Source: Candidatus Omnitrophota bacterium (GTDB lineage: Bacteria > Omnitrophota > JACPQZ01). From it: 56,449 nucleotides of DNA. Below the pieces are notes generated by a model, which was not told the origin of the DNA, did no database searches, and was given only the letters and a program-made list of their open reading frames with translations. Shown one piece after another: positions 37,864 to 47,584 of this stretch; position 1 is the first letter of the stretch, and each line of letters begins with the position of its first letter. Location: positions 1 to 56,449 of the forward strand of contig JACPQZ010000033.1 of assembly GCA_016190205.1 (NCBI GenBank), in the 5' to 3' direction. Both the position numbers and the translations under genes were made by a program.

Positions 37864-38775
37864 ATGAAAGAGGGAGCCTGCCCCGTGTGCGGTCACGTCT
37901 CGCGCCGGAGAATCCTTTCACTGCGCGATTACGAAACGGATCATCAGGACCTGTTTGATCTGTATGAGTGCGGACAGTGCGGGCTCCTTTTTGTTCATCC
38001 ACAGCCTTCGTTTGATGCGCTCCGGAAATTTTATCCGGAGTTCTTCAGCTGTTATAACGAAAACCATTTTCCCGGGGCCCGCCTGCTTTGGCAGGTCTTG
38101 AGGAAACAGGAGATGCGCCGTCTAATGCGGTTTTTGCCTCCTTCCGGTTCAATTCTGGACGTGGGGTGTGCGGACGCCTCTTTTCTGGATATGCTCAAGG
38201 GGCGTGCAGCCCATCGCTACGGAATCGAGATGGACGATAAGATGGCGGAGCTGGCTGCTTCGCGTCTCGGCAAAGAAAATATCGTTCACGGCTTTCTGGA
38301 AACCGTCGATGCCCCTTTTCGTAATATCGATGTCGTGCGTATCAACCATGTCATCGAGCACTTTGCGGATCCCGTTCTCGCCTTGCGGAAGATCAACGGT
38401 TTTTTGAAGAAGGGCGGATACGTCGTCGGGGAGACGCCCAACGTGGATTGCCTGGATCGGCATCTATTCGGCCGCTTCTGGGGCGGTTATTCGGTGCCGA
38501 GGCATTTGTGTCTCTTCAGCCGCCGGTCGCTTGAAGAACTCTTCCGGCGTACCGGGTTTGAACTCATCCGCATGGAACCGCGTCTGATGACCTTGGGATG
38601 GTCGGGGGGGCTTCAAAACCTGTGCGTGCACCTTTTGAATTTACGCCCGCCCCACACCGGCCGCTTTCGCGGGTATCCGCTTTTTATCCTGATGACTCTT
38701 CCTTTTACGTTTCTGCAGTCCCTGTTAGGAAAGACCGGAGTCACCGGTTTTGTAGCCCGGCGGGTGAGTTCATGA
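37864..38775 (+). CDS. Class I SAM-dependent methyltransferase with N-terminal Zn-ribbon
   Basis: CPVC...CGQC, ILDVGCA, HVIEHF.DP, ETPN, PRHL; ATG 37864. Confidence 0.88.
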   Translation: MKEGACPVCGHVSRRRILSLRDYETDHQDLFDLYECGQCGLLFVHPQPSFDALRKFYPEFFSCYNENHFPGARLLWQVLRKQEMRRLMRFLPPSGSILDVGCADASFLDMLKGRAAHRYGIEMDDKMAELAASRLGKENIVHGFLETVDAPFRNIDVVRINHVIEHFADPVLALRKINGFLKKGGYVVGETPNVDCLDRHLFGRFWGGYSVPRHLCLFSRRSLEELFRRTGFELIRMEPRLMTLGWSGGLQNLCVHLLNLRPPHTGRFRGYPLFILMTLPFTFLQSLLGKTGVTGFVARRVSS

Positions 38776-39554
38776 CCCCAGGGGAAAATGGCGTGCGCCT
38801 TTCGTTTTTTGTGCCGTGTTTGAATGAAGAAGGCAACGTGGGCCGGACGATCGACACCATCGTACAAGTAATGAACGAGAGGGCGCATTCCTATGAGATC
38901 ATCGTGGTAGATGATGCCTCTGTGGATGGGTCAAAAGCGGAAGTCATGGACCGACGCGAGCGCCATCCGGGCGTGCGCATTGAGATCATCCAAAATCGCT
39001 TCGTGCGAGGCCTCGGACGCAACTATTTCATTGCGGCCCAGCGCGCCTCGGGCGAATATTTCATGCTGGTGAATGGGGATGCGGCTGAACCCGCCGAGTC
39101 TATCCGTACCCTCGTCTCGCAGCTGGGGTGTGCCGATGCCGTCGTGCCCTATTTTGGCCTGTATGAAAGCCGAACCTGGCCGCGGCGGTTTTTAAGCCGG
39201 TCGTTTACGTTTCTTGTCAATTTCTTGAGCGGCCACCGGTTGAAATATTATAACGGCCCTGTTCTGCACAGGACGGAGAATGTGCGGGTTTGGTTTTCGG
39301 AGACCGCCGGGTTTGCCTATCAGGCGGAGTTGCTCTGCAGGCTGTTGGATGAGGGGATTTCGGTGAAGGAAGTGCGGATCGCAAACAGCAGCCGGAACAG
39401 GGGCTTTTCCAAGGCCTTTACGATTTCGAACCTGCTTTCCGTCACCAATGCCCTTTTTCATATTATGTTGAGGCGTTTGGAAAAATTCTCTTTCAGGGTG
39501 CTTTTGAGAAACCAGAAGGAAGTGCGGAAAGAGGGAGCGGCATGGAAGTCTTGA
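38772..39554 (+). CDS. Glycosyltransferase family 2, polyprenol-phosphate glycosyltransferase (DPM1-like)
   Basis: FVPCLNEE, VVDDASVDGS, GLG, VNGD, AYQAELL; ATG 38772 overlaps the upstream stop. Confidence 0.85.
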   Translation: MTPGENGVRLSFFVPCLNEEGNVGRTIDTIVQVMNERAHSYEIIVVDDASVDGSKAEVMDRRERHPGVRIEIIQNRFVRGLGRNYFIAAQRASGEYFMLVNGDAAEPAESIRTLVSQLGCADAVVPYFGLYESRTWPRRFLSRSFTFLVNFLSGHRLKYYNGPVLHRTENVRVWFSETAGFAYQAELLCRLLDEGISVKEVRIANSSRNRGFSKAFTISNLLSVTNALFHIMLRRLEKFSFRVLLRNQKEVRKEGAAWKS

Positions 39555-41056
39555 ATAAACCTCGCGCATGGCTGGCCTTCCTTTTCTGTGCGGGGCTCCT
39601 GCATTGGCTCGTCTACTTTTACCTGGCCTATCCCGAAGGGGGAGACCGGGCCTGGATGGGACTCATCCATCAACCTCAACAGTGGTTTTCGGTTCGCGCG
39701 TTCGACGCCCATGACTGGTACAAAGATATCAATTTCCTGCGTGTGCTTAAGGAAGCCATCCGGACACGAACCCTTCCGTTCCACTCACCCGATTTGTCGG
39801 TTTGGGCGGCATCTCCCAATGGCAGCGATCGATTTCTGGCCACCCTGGTCTATCCTTGGTCGCCTCAGATTCTTTTGCTCTCGGTCCTGGGCCCTTCCGC
39901 TTTTATTCCGGTCAATCTCATGTTGATGTACGCGGTCGGATTCTGGGGCGCGCTCCTGCTTCGAAAGGTTTTCGGCCTGGGCGCGATGGCCTTCACATTT
40001 TTCTTTCTCATATTCAATTTTAACGGTTACTTTGTGACCAAGATCAGTGTGTATCCGAGCAGCATGTTCGGCTACTTTCTGATGCCCTTCTTTTTGTGGG
40101 CCGTGCTTCGATCCGCTGAGACGCCCCCGGCTGCGGTGAAGGAGCATGTCCGGTTGGGTGTGTTTCTTGGGTTGACCCTCGCGGGCATGGTTTATCAGGG
40201 CACATTCCATCTCTTTGTGGAATGCGTCACTTTTCTTTTTGTTTGGGTTATTTCTGATTTTAAGCGTTGGCGCGTTCCCATCGTTGCGTGCATCACCGCG
40301 GGGCTTACGGCGGCTGCACGTCTTTTGCCCGCCGTCGTTTCATTTGGGCCGGGGGCCAGCCCCCATGCCGGACAGGCGGGTTACCCCTCTCCCAACACGC
40401 TGGTGGAGGGGTTGACCGCCATTCGAACCCAGTTCGTACCTCCGTTGTTTTGCTGGCACGAGTATTCGCTCTACGTCAGCCTCATCGGAACCTATGCCCT
40501 GATATATTTCGGGCTGTGGGGACCCTTTATGCGTTCCGACTGGGTGCGGTTTCATGGATGGCGTGCTGTGTGGATCCCGTGCGCCGTGCTGCTGGTCATC
40601 TCGTGCGGCTATCTCAAGCTTTACATTATCCCAAACTGGATTCCTCTCCTGAATGCCGAATCTGTCAAGACACGCTACATGATCATTCCGCTTCTCATGG
40701 TCGCTGCGATTGCATCGATCAACCTGCAGGGTTTCTTGAAAAAATATGGATCCGTCCAACGAGTCAAGGCCCTTATCGCAGCGGCAGGGGCGGGGCTCGC
40801 GTACTTCCTCTTTAACAACACGCGGGTTTGGAGGATGCACAAGATTCAGGTGGAATATGATCAGGCGGTGACGAGCGGGTTAACCCCTCCGAGCCCCGAG
40901 ATTTGGCCGCAGATCCAAAATGAGCTGTCTGATACGGTTTATATCCAGGCGTTTTGGGTGGGGTGCGCCGTCTCTCTGTGTGCGCTTGTTTTTCTGACGG
41001 CTGCGTGGATCCGTCAAAGAAAGGCGCGGCACGAGCAGGGGGTTCAGCCCTCGTGA
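39542..41056 (+). CDS. Multi-pass membrane protein, putative GT-C fold glycosyltransferase
   Basis: About 11-12 hydrophobic segments; first loop with HDW and TLPFH; RLLP and EYSLY; directly downstream of a GT2. Confidence 0.6.
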   Translation: MEVLNKPRAWLAFLFCAGLLHWLVYFYLAYPEGGDRAWMGLIHQPQQWFSVRAFDAHDWYKDINFLRVLKEAIRTRTLPFHSPDLSVWAASPNGSDRFLATLVYPWSPQILLLSVLGPSAFIPVNLMLMYAVGFWGALLLRKVFGLGAMAFTFFFLIFNFNGYFVTKISVYPSSMFGYFLMPFFLWAVLRSAETPPAAVKEHVRLGVFLGLTLAGMVYQGTFHLFVECVTFLFVWVISDFKRWRVPIVACITAGLTAAARLLPAVVSFGPGASPHAGQAGYPSPNTLVEGLTAIRTQFVPPLFCWHEYSLYVSLIGTYALIYFGLWGPFMRSDWVRFHGWRAVWIPCAVLLVISCGYLKLYIIPNWIPLLNAESVKTRYMIIPLLMVAAIASINLQGFLKKYGSVQRVKALIAAAGAGLAYFLFNNTRVWRMHKIQVEYDQAVTSGLTPPSPEIWPQIQNELSDTVYIQAFWVGCAVSLCALVFLTAAWIRQRKARHEQGVQPS

Positions 41057-41712
41057 GGACTGCGAACGCATGCGACGCCCGAACGCTTATTCGGAGGGCG
41101 AAGGCCCTGGTATTTGATTTCGACGGCACCTTAGTGGATTCGAACGATATCAAATGGCGTGCCTTTGAGCTATGCTTCTCGGATTTTCCGGAACGCCTGA
41201 CCGAGATCATGGCGTATTGCCGTTCGAACCCTCACCTCCCGCGGGGGGAAAAGTTCCGGGTCATTTATGAAAGCATTTTGGACCTGCGCTACACAGATGA
41301 GATCGACAAAGGGCTCGAAGGGCGTTTTAACCATTTGACCCTCCAGCCCATCGTGGATGCCCCTGAGATACGGGGTGCCTCCCATTTTCTGCGGGAGGTG
41401 TCCCGAACACGCATGACGGCCGTTCTCTCGAGTACGCCCACGCCGATCGTGAATCAGATTGTGGAGGCGCGCGGATGGAGGTCTTACTTTATGGAAGTCC
41501 AGGGCGCTCCGGTTAAGAAGGGGAAATGGCTGTCCGAATGTCGCAGCAGATATGGGTTGTACGGGGAGGAGATCATTTATTTCGGAGATACGAGTGAAGA
41601 TCGAAAGGCGGCGGAGGAGGGTGAATGCCTCTTCGTCGGCGTGTGCGACCCTCGTCTGAAGGGTGGGGATGTGTTTTATCTGAGCGATTTTGGAGGGGTC
41701 TCGTGTCTTTGA
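41053..41712 (+). CDS. HAD family hydrolase/phosphatase
   Basis: VFDFDGTLVDS, LSSTP, YFGDTSED; GTG 41053 overlaps the upstream stop. Confidence 0.88.
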   Translation: MRTANACDARTLIRRAKALVFDFDGTLVDSNDIKWRAFELCFSDFPERLTEIMAYCRSNPHLPRGEKFRVIYESILDLRYTDEIDKGLEGRFNHLTLQPIVDAPEIRGASHFLREVSRTRMTAVLSSTPTPIVNQIVEARGWRSYFMEVQGAPVKKGKWLSECRSRYGLYGEEIIYFGDTSEDRKAAEEGECLFVGVCDPRLKGGDVFYLSDFGGVSCL

Positions 41713-42746
41713 CCGTGTGCGCTGAGGCAGGCTCGCCAGCCTCTGGTTTAAGGGAAGACGCGGTTCGGGTAGGCATCATCGGCTTCGGGAAAATGGGTGC
41801 CATCCGATATGAAGCCCTGTCTCAGAACGGCCTGGGCCGGGTCGTCGCGATTGCGGAGCCGCAAGGATGTTCCCGGATCAAAGGGGTCAGACATCACGAG
41901 ACGGCGGAGGAACTGATCCGGGATCCGGGCGTAGAGGCGGTGTTCATCTGTACTCCGAACTGTTTCAATAAACCCCTCACGATTCAGGCCTTGCGCGCCG
42001 GAAAGCATGTCTTCTGCGAAAAACCTCCGGCGTTCTCTGCCAGCGAGGTTGAAGAGGTCATGGAGGCGGAGCGCGAGGCGGGGGACCGAAAACTGATGTA
42101 TGGATTCAATCACCGGCATCATGACAGTGTGAAGAAGGCAAAGGAGTTGATTGATTCGGGCGTATTCGGGCGCATTCTCTGGATGCGGGGCCGCTATGGC
42201 AAAAGCGTGGATCAGAGTTTTTGCAACGACTGGCGCTCCCGCAAGGAACTGGCCGGCGGGGGGATCTTGATGGATCAGGGGATTCACATGCTGGATCTCT
42301 TTCTCATGATGGCGGGGGAGTTCGACGAGGTCCATGCCTTCGTCTCGAATCTCTACTGGAAGTTGAGTATTGAGGACAATGTCTTTGCCATCTTGAGGAA
42401 CCGGAACGGCCTGGTGGCATCGCTCCACTCGACCATGACCCAATGGAGGCATCTCTTCGCCTTCGAGATCTTTCTCGAAAAGGGTTACACCGTTATCAAC
42501 GGGCTTCTCACCTCTTCCGGGACTTACGGAGAGGAAGCCATGACCATTGCCAAGAACCGCAACTCGACCCCGGCCGTTAAGTGGACTGACGAGGAGCATA
42601 TCCGGTTTGAGGTAAATAACTCGTGGCGTTACGAGTGCGATCAATTTTTGCGCTCCATTCGTCAGGACACGCCCGTGGTGACGGGAAACTCGCGGGATGC
42701 CTTGAAACTGATGCGTCTGGTGGACGCCATTTACAGGGGAGATTAA
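41709..42746 (+). CDS. Gfo/Idh/MocA family oxidoreductase
   Basis: VGIIGFGKMG, HVFCEKPP, GFNHR, GGGILMDQGIH; start uncertain (TTG 41709). Confidence 0.88.
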   Translation: MTVCAEAGSPASGLREDAVRVGIIGFGKMGAIRYEALSQNGLGRVVAIAEPQGCSRIKGVRHHETAEELIRDPGVEAVFICTPNCFNKPLTIQALRAGKHVFCEKPPAFSASEVEEVMEAEREAGDRKLMYGFNHRHHDSVKKAKELIDSGVFGRILWMRGRYGKSVDQSFCNDWRSRKELAGGGILMDQGIHMLDLFLMMAGEFDEVHAFVSNLYWKLSIEDNVFAILRNRNGLVASLHSTMTQWRHLFAFEIFLEKGYTVINGLLTSSGTYGEEAMTIAKNRNSTPAVKWTDEEHIRFEVNNSWRYECDQFLRSIRQDTPVVTGNSRDALKLMRLVDAIYRGD

Positions 42747-42748
42747 TC

Positions 42749-43330
42749 ATGGAAGATCAAAGGAAATGGTTCTCGGACTACTTCGAGCAGTATCGTTCCC
42801 ATCTTTTTGACGAATCTATCAGCTCACAGCTCATCGAGCTGGCCCAGCGCGTGGCCGCCACGCATGCCGCGGGACGAAAGCTCATGGTGGCGGGTAACGG
42901 AGGGAGCGCCGCCATCGCAAGCCACGCGGCGGTGGATTTTACCAAGGCGGCCGGCGTCCGTTGCGTGAGTTTCAACGAACCCGCGCTCATCACCTGCTTT
43001 GCAAATGACTTCGGGTACGAGCGTTGGATTGAGAAGGCCATCGAATATTATTCGGATGAGGGGGACCTCGTCATCTTGATCAGCTCAAGCGGGCAGTCTC
43101 CGAATGTGGTGCGCGCAGCCCGCGCGGCCCGCGATCGGGCGCTGGCCCTCGCCACCTTCACCGGATTTGAGCCGGATAATCCCTTACGGGCGCTGGGTCA
43201 GCCGAGCCTGTGGGTTGACAGCAAGGTTTATAATGTCGTCGAGAATGTCCACCAGATCTGGCTCCTTGCGGTTTGCGATCGCGTAGTCCGGGAAACCGCG
43301 AGGATCCGGGTCGCGCAGGGGTTGGCATGA
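42749..43330 (+). CDS. gmhA: SIS-domain phosphoheptose isomerase (GmhA-like)
   Basis: GNGGSAAIASH, TCFANDFG, ISSSGQSPN, YNVVENVHQ. Confidence 0.82.
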   Translation: MEDQRKWFSDYFEQYRSHLFDESISSQLIELAQRVAATHAAGRKLMVAGNGGSAAIASHAAVDFTKAAGVRCVSFNEPALITCFANDFGYERWIEKAIEYYSDEGDLVILISSSGQSPNVVRAARAARDRALALATFTGFEPDNPLRALGQPSLWVDSKVYNVVENVHQIWLLAVCDRVVRETARIRVAQGLA

Positions 43331-44310
43331 AGGGGCGGGTTCTCCTGGTCGGGTGCGGTGAGATCGGAAGCCGCCATTTGCAGGCGATCGCGTCCCTTTC
43401 CCAAGTGGAGGAGGTCGAGATCGTTGATCCCCGGCCCGAGGCACATGCGCTTGGGAAGGAGCGGCTTCACGAAGCTTTAGACCGGCGTTCCGAAATCCGT
43501 TATCGTTGGATTCGATCCCTGGAGGAGGCGGCCCCGTCCGGGGGCCTGTGCATCATCGCCACACAGGCATCCGGTAGAAGTGCCATCGTCCGCCAGGCCG
43601 CAGGCCTGGGATATCGCACCTTCCTGCTGGAGAAAATCGTCACCCAGTCCGTGGAAGAGTATGACGAGCTCCTAACGTACTCCCGGAACCACTCGCTCTC
43701 GGTGTGGGTCAACTGCAAGTCCCGCGCCTATCCGTTCCACAAGCAGGCGGCCGAGCGCATGGATCCGGAGGAGCCCATTCAGTTCCTTGTGGCTGGAGGA
43801 AATCACGGTCTTGCTACGAACGGAATTCACATCGTGGATCTCTTTGTGCACTATGACAGATGCCGACGGCTTATCCCGCAGGGATCCCGCTTGGATTCCA
43901 TTCTGCATCCTTCCAAGCGCGGAAAAAATGTATATGACATGAGCGGAACACTCCAGGCGGTGTCTGAAAAAGGAAGTTTCTTTTCGCTGACGTTTGCACG
44001 GGATCATCAGGCCCCTCCCTGTTTTATGGTCACATCCAGGGCCTACCGCTTCCTGCTCGTGCAAGACGATCGATGGGCCTATGAAGCCGATGCCTCCAGC
44101 AGGTGGGCTTGGAGACCGATCCCTTTTGAGGGGAATCTGCTTATCAGTAACATGAGCAGGCGTTTTGTGAGCGATCTCCTCGAAAAGGGCTCATGCGAAT
44201 TGCCCACTTTGGAAGAGTGTTTTCCGGCTCATGAGTTCTTGCTCGGTGAAATTAAAACCCAATTCAGATTGCTGACAAGCCCAACCCTGGAGCATTGCCC
44301 TGTTACCTAA
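43327..44310 (+). CDS. Gfo/Idh/MocA family oxidoreductase
   Basis: LVGCGEIGSRHLQ, LLEKIV, WVNC, NGIHIVD; ATG 43327. Confidence 0.82.
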   Translation: MKGRVLLVGCGEIGSRHLQAIASLSQVEEVEIVDPRPEAHALGKERLHEALDRRSEIRYRWIRSLEEAAPSGGLCIIATQASGRSAIVRQAAGLGYRTFLLEKIVTQSVEEYDELLTYSRNHSLSVWVNCKSRAYPFHKQAAERMDPEEPIQFLVAGGNHGLATNGIHIVDLFVHYDRCRRLIPQGSRLDSILHPSKRGKNVYDMSGTLQAVSEKGSFFSLTFARDHQAPPCFMVTSRAYRFLLVQDDRWAYEADASSRWAWRPIPFEGNLLISNMSRRFVSDLLEKGSCELPTLEECFPAHEFLLGEIKTQFRLLTSPTLEHCPVT

Positions 44311-44320
44311 GGAGGAAGTA

Positions 44321-45400
44321 ATGTCACCTGTCCAAGAAGAGCGCCCTGTGATGCAAAGGTCCCCCGTTCGGCTCGTTCGTAAGAACAGGATAGCGGACAA
44401 AGTCGTTATCGTGAATGGCCTGCCGGGGTGCGGGAAGACTTTGGTGGCTCCGATTGTCGGAGCGCTGGCCCGCATGGAGGTCATGCACTTTGACTACCAG
44501 CTTGAGCACGCGTGCCAGTTAAGGTATCTGAATGCCATTGATGATGATGCAGCTATTTCGCTTGTCCGCACGTACACGGATCTGGACCTCTATCATCTGA
44601 CGATGTCCCGGGAAGTTAATTTTCGGCCGGGAGATGTGTCCAGCGTCTTTAAAAACGCACGGCCCATGCGGTATCTCAAACGTTTCTTTCTGCCCGAGGG
44701 GGAAGAGGCCGTAAAGCGTATCCAAAGGGAGAAGCCCATTCTTCTCTTGGTCACCCATGTGCTTGTCGGTATCGAAGGCCCTATTCTTGCCGCCTTGGGA
44801 GACGCAGTTCGGATCATGGAGGTGATCCGTCACCCGCTTTACATGATCAAACAGACCTACACCTGGATGCCGCGCGCCGGAGTGGATCCGAGAGTTTTTT
44901 CCCTTTGTTTTGAGTATCGAGGCCATTCGCTTCCTTATTATGCAAAAGGCTGGGAGGAAAAGTTTCTCGGATCGAATCGGATGGATCGCACGATTTATGC
45001 GCTTGAGGACATGTGGCGGCGGATGGAGCAGGCGGTGGAGCGCCTCAACCCCGATCAACAAAAGCTGATCATGAAGGTGCCTTTTGAGGAATATGTGCTT
45101 CGGCCCGAACCTATCATGAAGCGGCTCGAACTATTCTTGGGAACGGAATGTGTCCCGGAGACACGGCGTATGATGAAGAAGCATCATGTTCCTCGCAAGA
45201 TGATAGCGGATGGGATCGGTCTTCCTATATATAAGGTCTATGGGTGGAGGCCTCCCCGCAGGGGAGCGACAGAGGCTGACGAGTTGAGAGACCGGCGGGC
45301 CTTTGCCGCAAGGGAGGCGACGCCCGAGGCCCTGGCTGTTTTAGACCGCTACAGCGCAGAATACGAAGAAAAATATATGAAGGGGATCCTATCACGATGA
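44321..45400 (+). CDS. P-loop / sulfotransferase-like protein
   Basis: VIVNGLPGCGKTLV, IMEVIRHPL and KVPFEEYVLRPE resemble sulfotransferase-family PAPS-binding and C-terminal motifs. Confidence 0.55.
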   Translation: MSPVQEERPVMQRSPVRLVRKNRIADKVVIVNGLPGCGKTLVAPIVGALARMEVMHFDYQLEHACQLRYLNAIDDDAAISLVRTYTDLDLYHLTMSREVNFRPGDVSSVFKNARPMRYLKRFFLPEGEEAVKRIQREKPILLLVTHVLVGIEGPILAALGDAVRIMEVIRHPLYMIKQTYTWMPRAGVDPRVFSLCFEYRGHSLPYYAKGWEEKFLGSNRMDRTIYALEDMWRRMEQAVERLNPDQQKLIMKVPFEEYVLRPEPIMKRLELFLGTECVPETRRMMKKHHVPRKMIADGIGLPIYKVYGWRPPRRGATEADELRDRRAFAAREATPEALAVLDRYSAEYEEKYMKGILSR

Positions 45401-46569
45401 AACGGATTGCCGTCATTCCTGCTCTGCTCGGCAGCACACGGATACCCGAAAAGAACCTGCTGCTGGTAGATGGGGCACCCATGGTCTTCTATGCCGCGAG
45501 CGCCTGCCGGGCATCCGGGATCTTTGATGAGATTTATATTAATTCAGAACATGACATTTTCGGTAAGATTGCCGAGATGGTGAACGTCAAATTTTACCGG
45601 CGCCGTCCTGACCGCGGCGGGTCCCGTTGTACGGTGCAAGATAAATCCCATGGTTGTCAGGGAGAACGATGTCAAAGGCATGATCACTACCTCTGTGATT
45701 TTATGCAGGATGTGGGTCCCTGCCTTTTGGGCATGGTGAATACGACCTCTCCGCTCATCCAGCCGGCGACCGTCCGTTCATTTATGGAGATGCTGGAACA
45801 AGAAGGTTATGATTCACTGTTCTCCGTTGAGGAGCGTTATGCAGAGTCCTGCATCGCATCCCGTCCCTTGAATTTTTCCCTCTCTGGGAAGACCCCCTCC
45901 CAAAAACTTGAACCCGTGCAGATTATTACGTGGTCACTCACCGGATGGAGGAGCGAATCCTTTGTCGAGAGTTATCGCAACGGCCGTCCCGGTGAGCCGG
46001 GACCGACCTTTTGCGGGAAGATGGGTCTTTTCCCGATGAACCGTGTCGAGGCCCTTGATACGGACACGCAGGACGATCTTTTCATGGTTGAGGCCTGCCT
46101 CCGGCACAGTCGCCAGGGGGAGCGTCCCGGACCGTTTTACTTTTCAGAGGGGGTCGTTGGAATCGAACCGCGTTTTAAAGACCCGTTGGTCAGCGGCGGG
46201 GCGTCAGGGTTGGAAGGAAACGGGGCAGCGCTCGAGCTGAGCAACCTGAAGGAGATCAGCAGGCATATGGGATCCGCCCCCTGGGTCTATTTTTTCAGGT
46301 CCACGGGGAACCAGCAGATTGCACTGATCTGTCAGGCGAATCACGAGCCGGCCCGCAAACGTTGCCTGGTGACCCATTCAGGGTGGGAGATCGTGCTCGA
46401 AGGGGAATTCGAGTGGCGTACGGATAACGGAAAGGTGATCAAGGCCGGGCCCTCGGATGTCGTGTGTCTTCCCCGGGGAACCGTTCACACCATCGTCTGT
46501 ACCAGCAAGACCCCCGGCATTCGCCTCGCTTGCGGGGCCCACGACATGGAGTATGTCTATGTCAAGTAA
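45397..46569 (+). CDS. Cytidylyltransferase (NeuA/KdsB family) fused to C-terminal cupin
   Basis: IAVIPALLGSTRIPEKN, IYINSE, TTSPL, ALDTDTQDD; C-term VLEGEFEW...LPRGTVHTI. Confidence 0.82.
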   Translation: MKRIAVIPALLGSTRIPEKNLLLVDGAPMVFYAASACRASGIFDEIYINSEHDIFGKIAEMVNVKFYRRRPDRGGSRCTVQDKSHGCQGERCQRHDHYLCDFMQDVGPCLLGMVNTTSPLIQPATVRSFMEMLEQEGYDSLFSVEERYAESCIASRPLNFSLSGKTPSQKLEPVQIITWSLTGWRSESFVESYRNGRPGEPGPTFCGKMGLFPMNRVEALDTDTQDDLFMVEACLRHSRQGERPGPFYFSEGVVGIEPRFKDPLVSGGASGLEGNGAALELSNLKEISRHMGSAPWVYFFRSTGNQQIALICQANHEPARKRCLVTHSGWEIVLEGEFEWRTDNGKVIKAGPSDVVCLPRGTVHTIVCTSKTPGIRLACGAHDMEYVYVK

Positions 46570-47584
46570 AGGAGCTGTCGGGGGGCGGATTCCCGTTGCT
46601 GTCCTCGGAACGGGGAGCATTGGAACCCGCCACCTCGAGCTTCTCAGGAAAATCGAGGGGGTGGAACCGGTTGCCGTCCCCATGCGGCGGGATCGCCGCC
46701 GTTACTGGGAGCGCTCCGGTTACCGGGTAGCAAGCGGCTGGGAGCAGATGGTGGGTGATGGGCCCCTGCTGGGCGTTGTGGCAACGGATACGGCCCGTCA
46801 TGCGGAGGACGCGTGCCAAGCCCTGAACCTGGGATTTAATCTTTTGGTGGAGAAGCCGTTGGCCGTGAATATCGGGGAGGCCGCCCGAATCAAGGCCTGC
46901 GCAGCCCGCGCAGGGCGCCGGGTCTTCGTAGGGTGTGTCTTGCGCTTCTCGGATTCCCTGAACGTATTCAGGCAGCAGCTTCCCCGGATCGGTCGTGTCC
47001 ATACCGTTCATATCGAGTGCCAGTCCTATCTCCCCGATTGGCGGCCGGATCGGGCGTACAAGGATGCCTATTCGGCACGTGAGGGGGAGGGGGGAGTTTT
47101 ACGCGATCTGATCCATGAGATTGATTACGCGGGCTGGCTTTTTGGGTGGCCGGAAGCGATTCAGGCCCGGATCAGAAATACAGGACGTCTCGGGATTTCA
47201 GCCGATGAAATCGCCTGGCTCTCCTGGGAGGCGTCCTCGGGGACCCTGGTGTCGATCTCTCTGGATTATCTTACGCGACCCTCGCGGCGTGGAGTCCGCG
47301 CCAGCGGAGAAAAGGGGACGCTCGAATGGGATGGAATAGGGCTTTCCGTTGCGCTTAAACGACCCGGGAAAAGGGACGAGCTGGCGACATCTCAACAAAC
47401 CAAGGAGGCGTTGTATACGGCCCAACTTCAATCATTCATTCAAGCGTGTGTGGAAGATGCGCCGTCCCGGCTCGCCACATTGCAGGAGGGATACCGGGCC
47501 GTCAGCATCTCGGATGCGGCGCGAAGGGCCTCAGACAGCCGCCGCGAGACAAAAGTTGATTATCGGGTGGAAGATCATTCGTGA
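46559..47584 (+). CDS. Gfo/Idh/MocA family oxidoreductase (PtmF-like)
   Basis: LGTGSIGTRH, LVEKPL, SYLPDWRP..Y..YSA..GGVLRDLIHEIDY, SLDY; ATG 46559 after GGAG. Confidence 0.88.
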   Translation: MSSKGAVGGRIPVAVLGTGSIGTRHLELLRKIEGVEPVAVPMRRDRRRYWERSGYRVASGWEQMVGDGPLLGVVATDTARHAEDACQALNLGFNLLVEKPLAVNIGEAARIKACAARAGRRVFVGCVLRFSDSLNVFRQQLPRIGRVHTVHIECQSYLPDWRPDRAYKDAYSAREGEGGVLRDLIHEIDYAGWLFGWPEAIQARIRNTGRLGISADEIAWLSWEASSGTLVSISLDYLTRPSRRGVRASGEKGTLEWDGIGLSVALKRPGKRDELATSQQTKEALYTAQLQSFIQACVEDAPSRLATLQEGYRAVSISDAARRASDSRRETKVDYRVEDHS

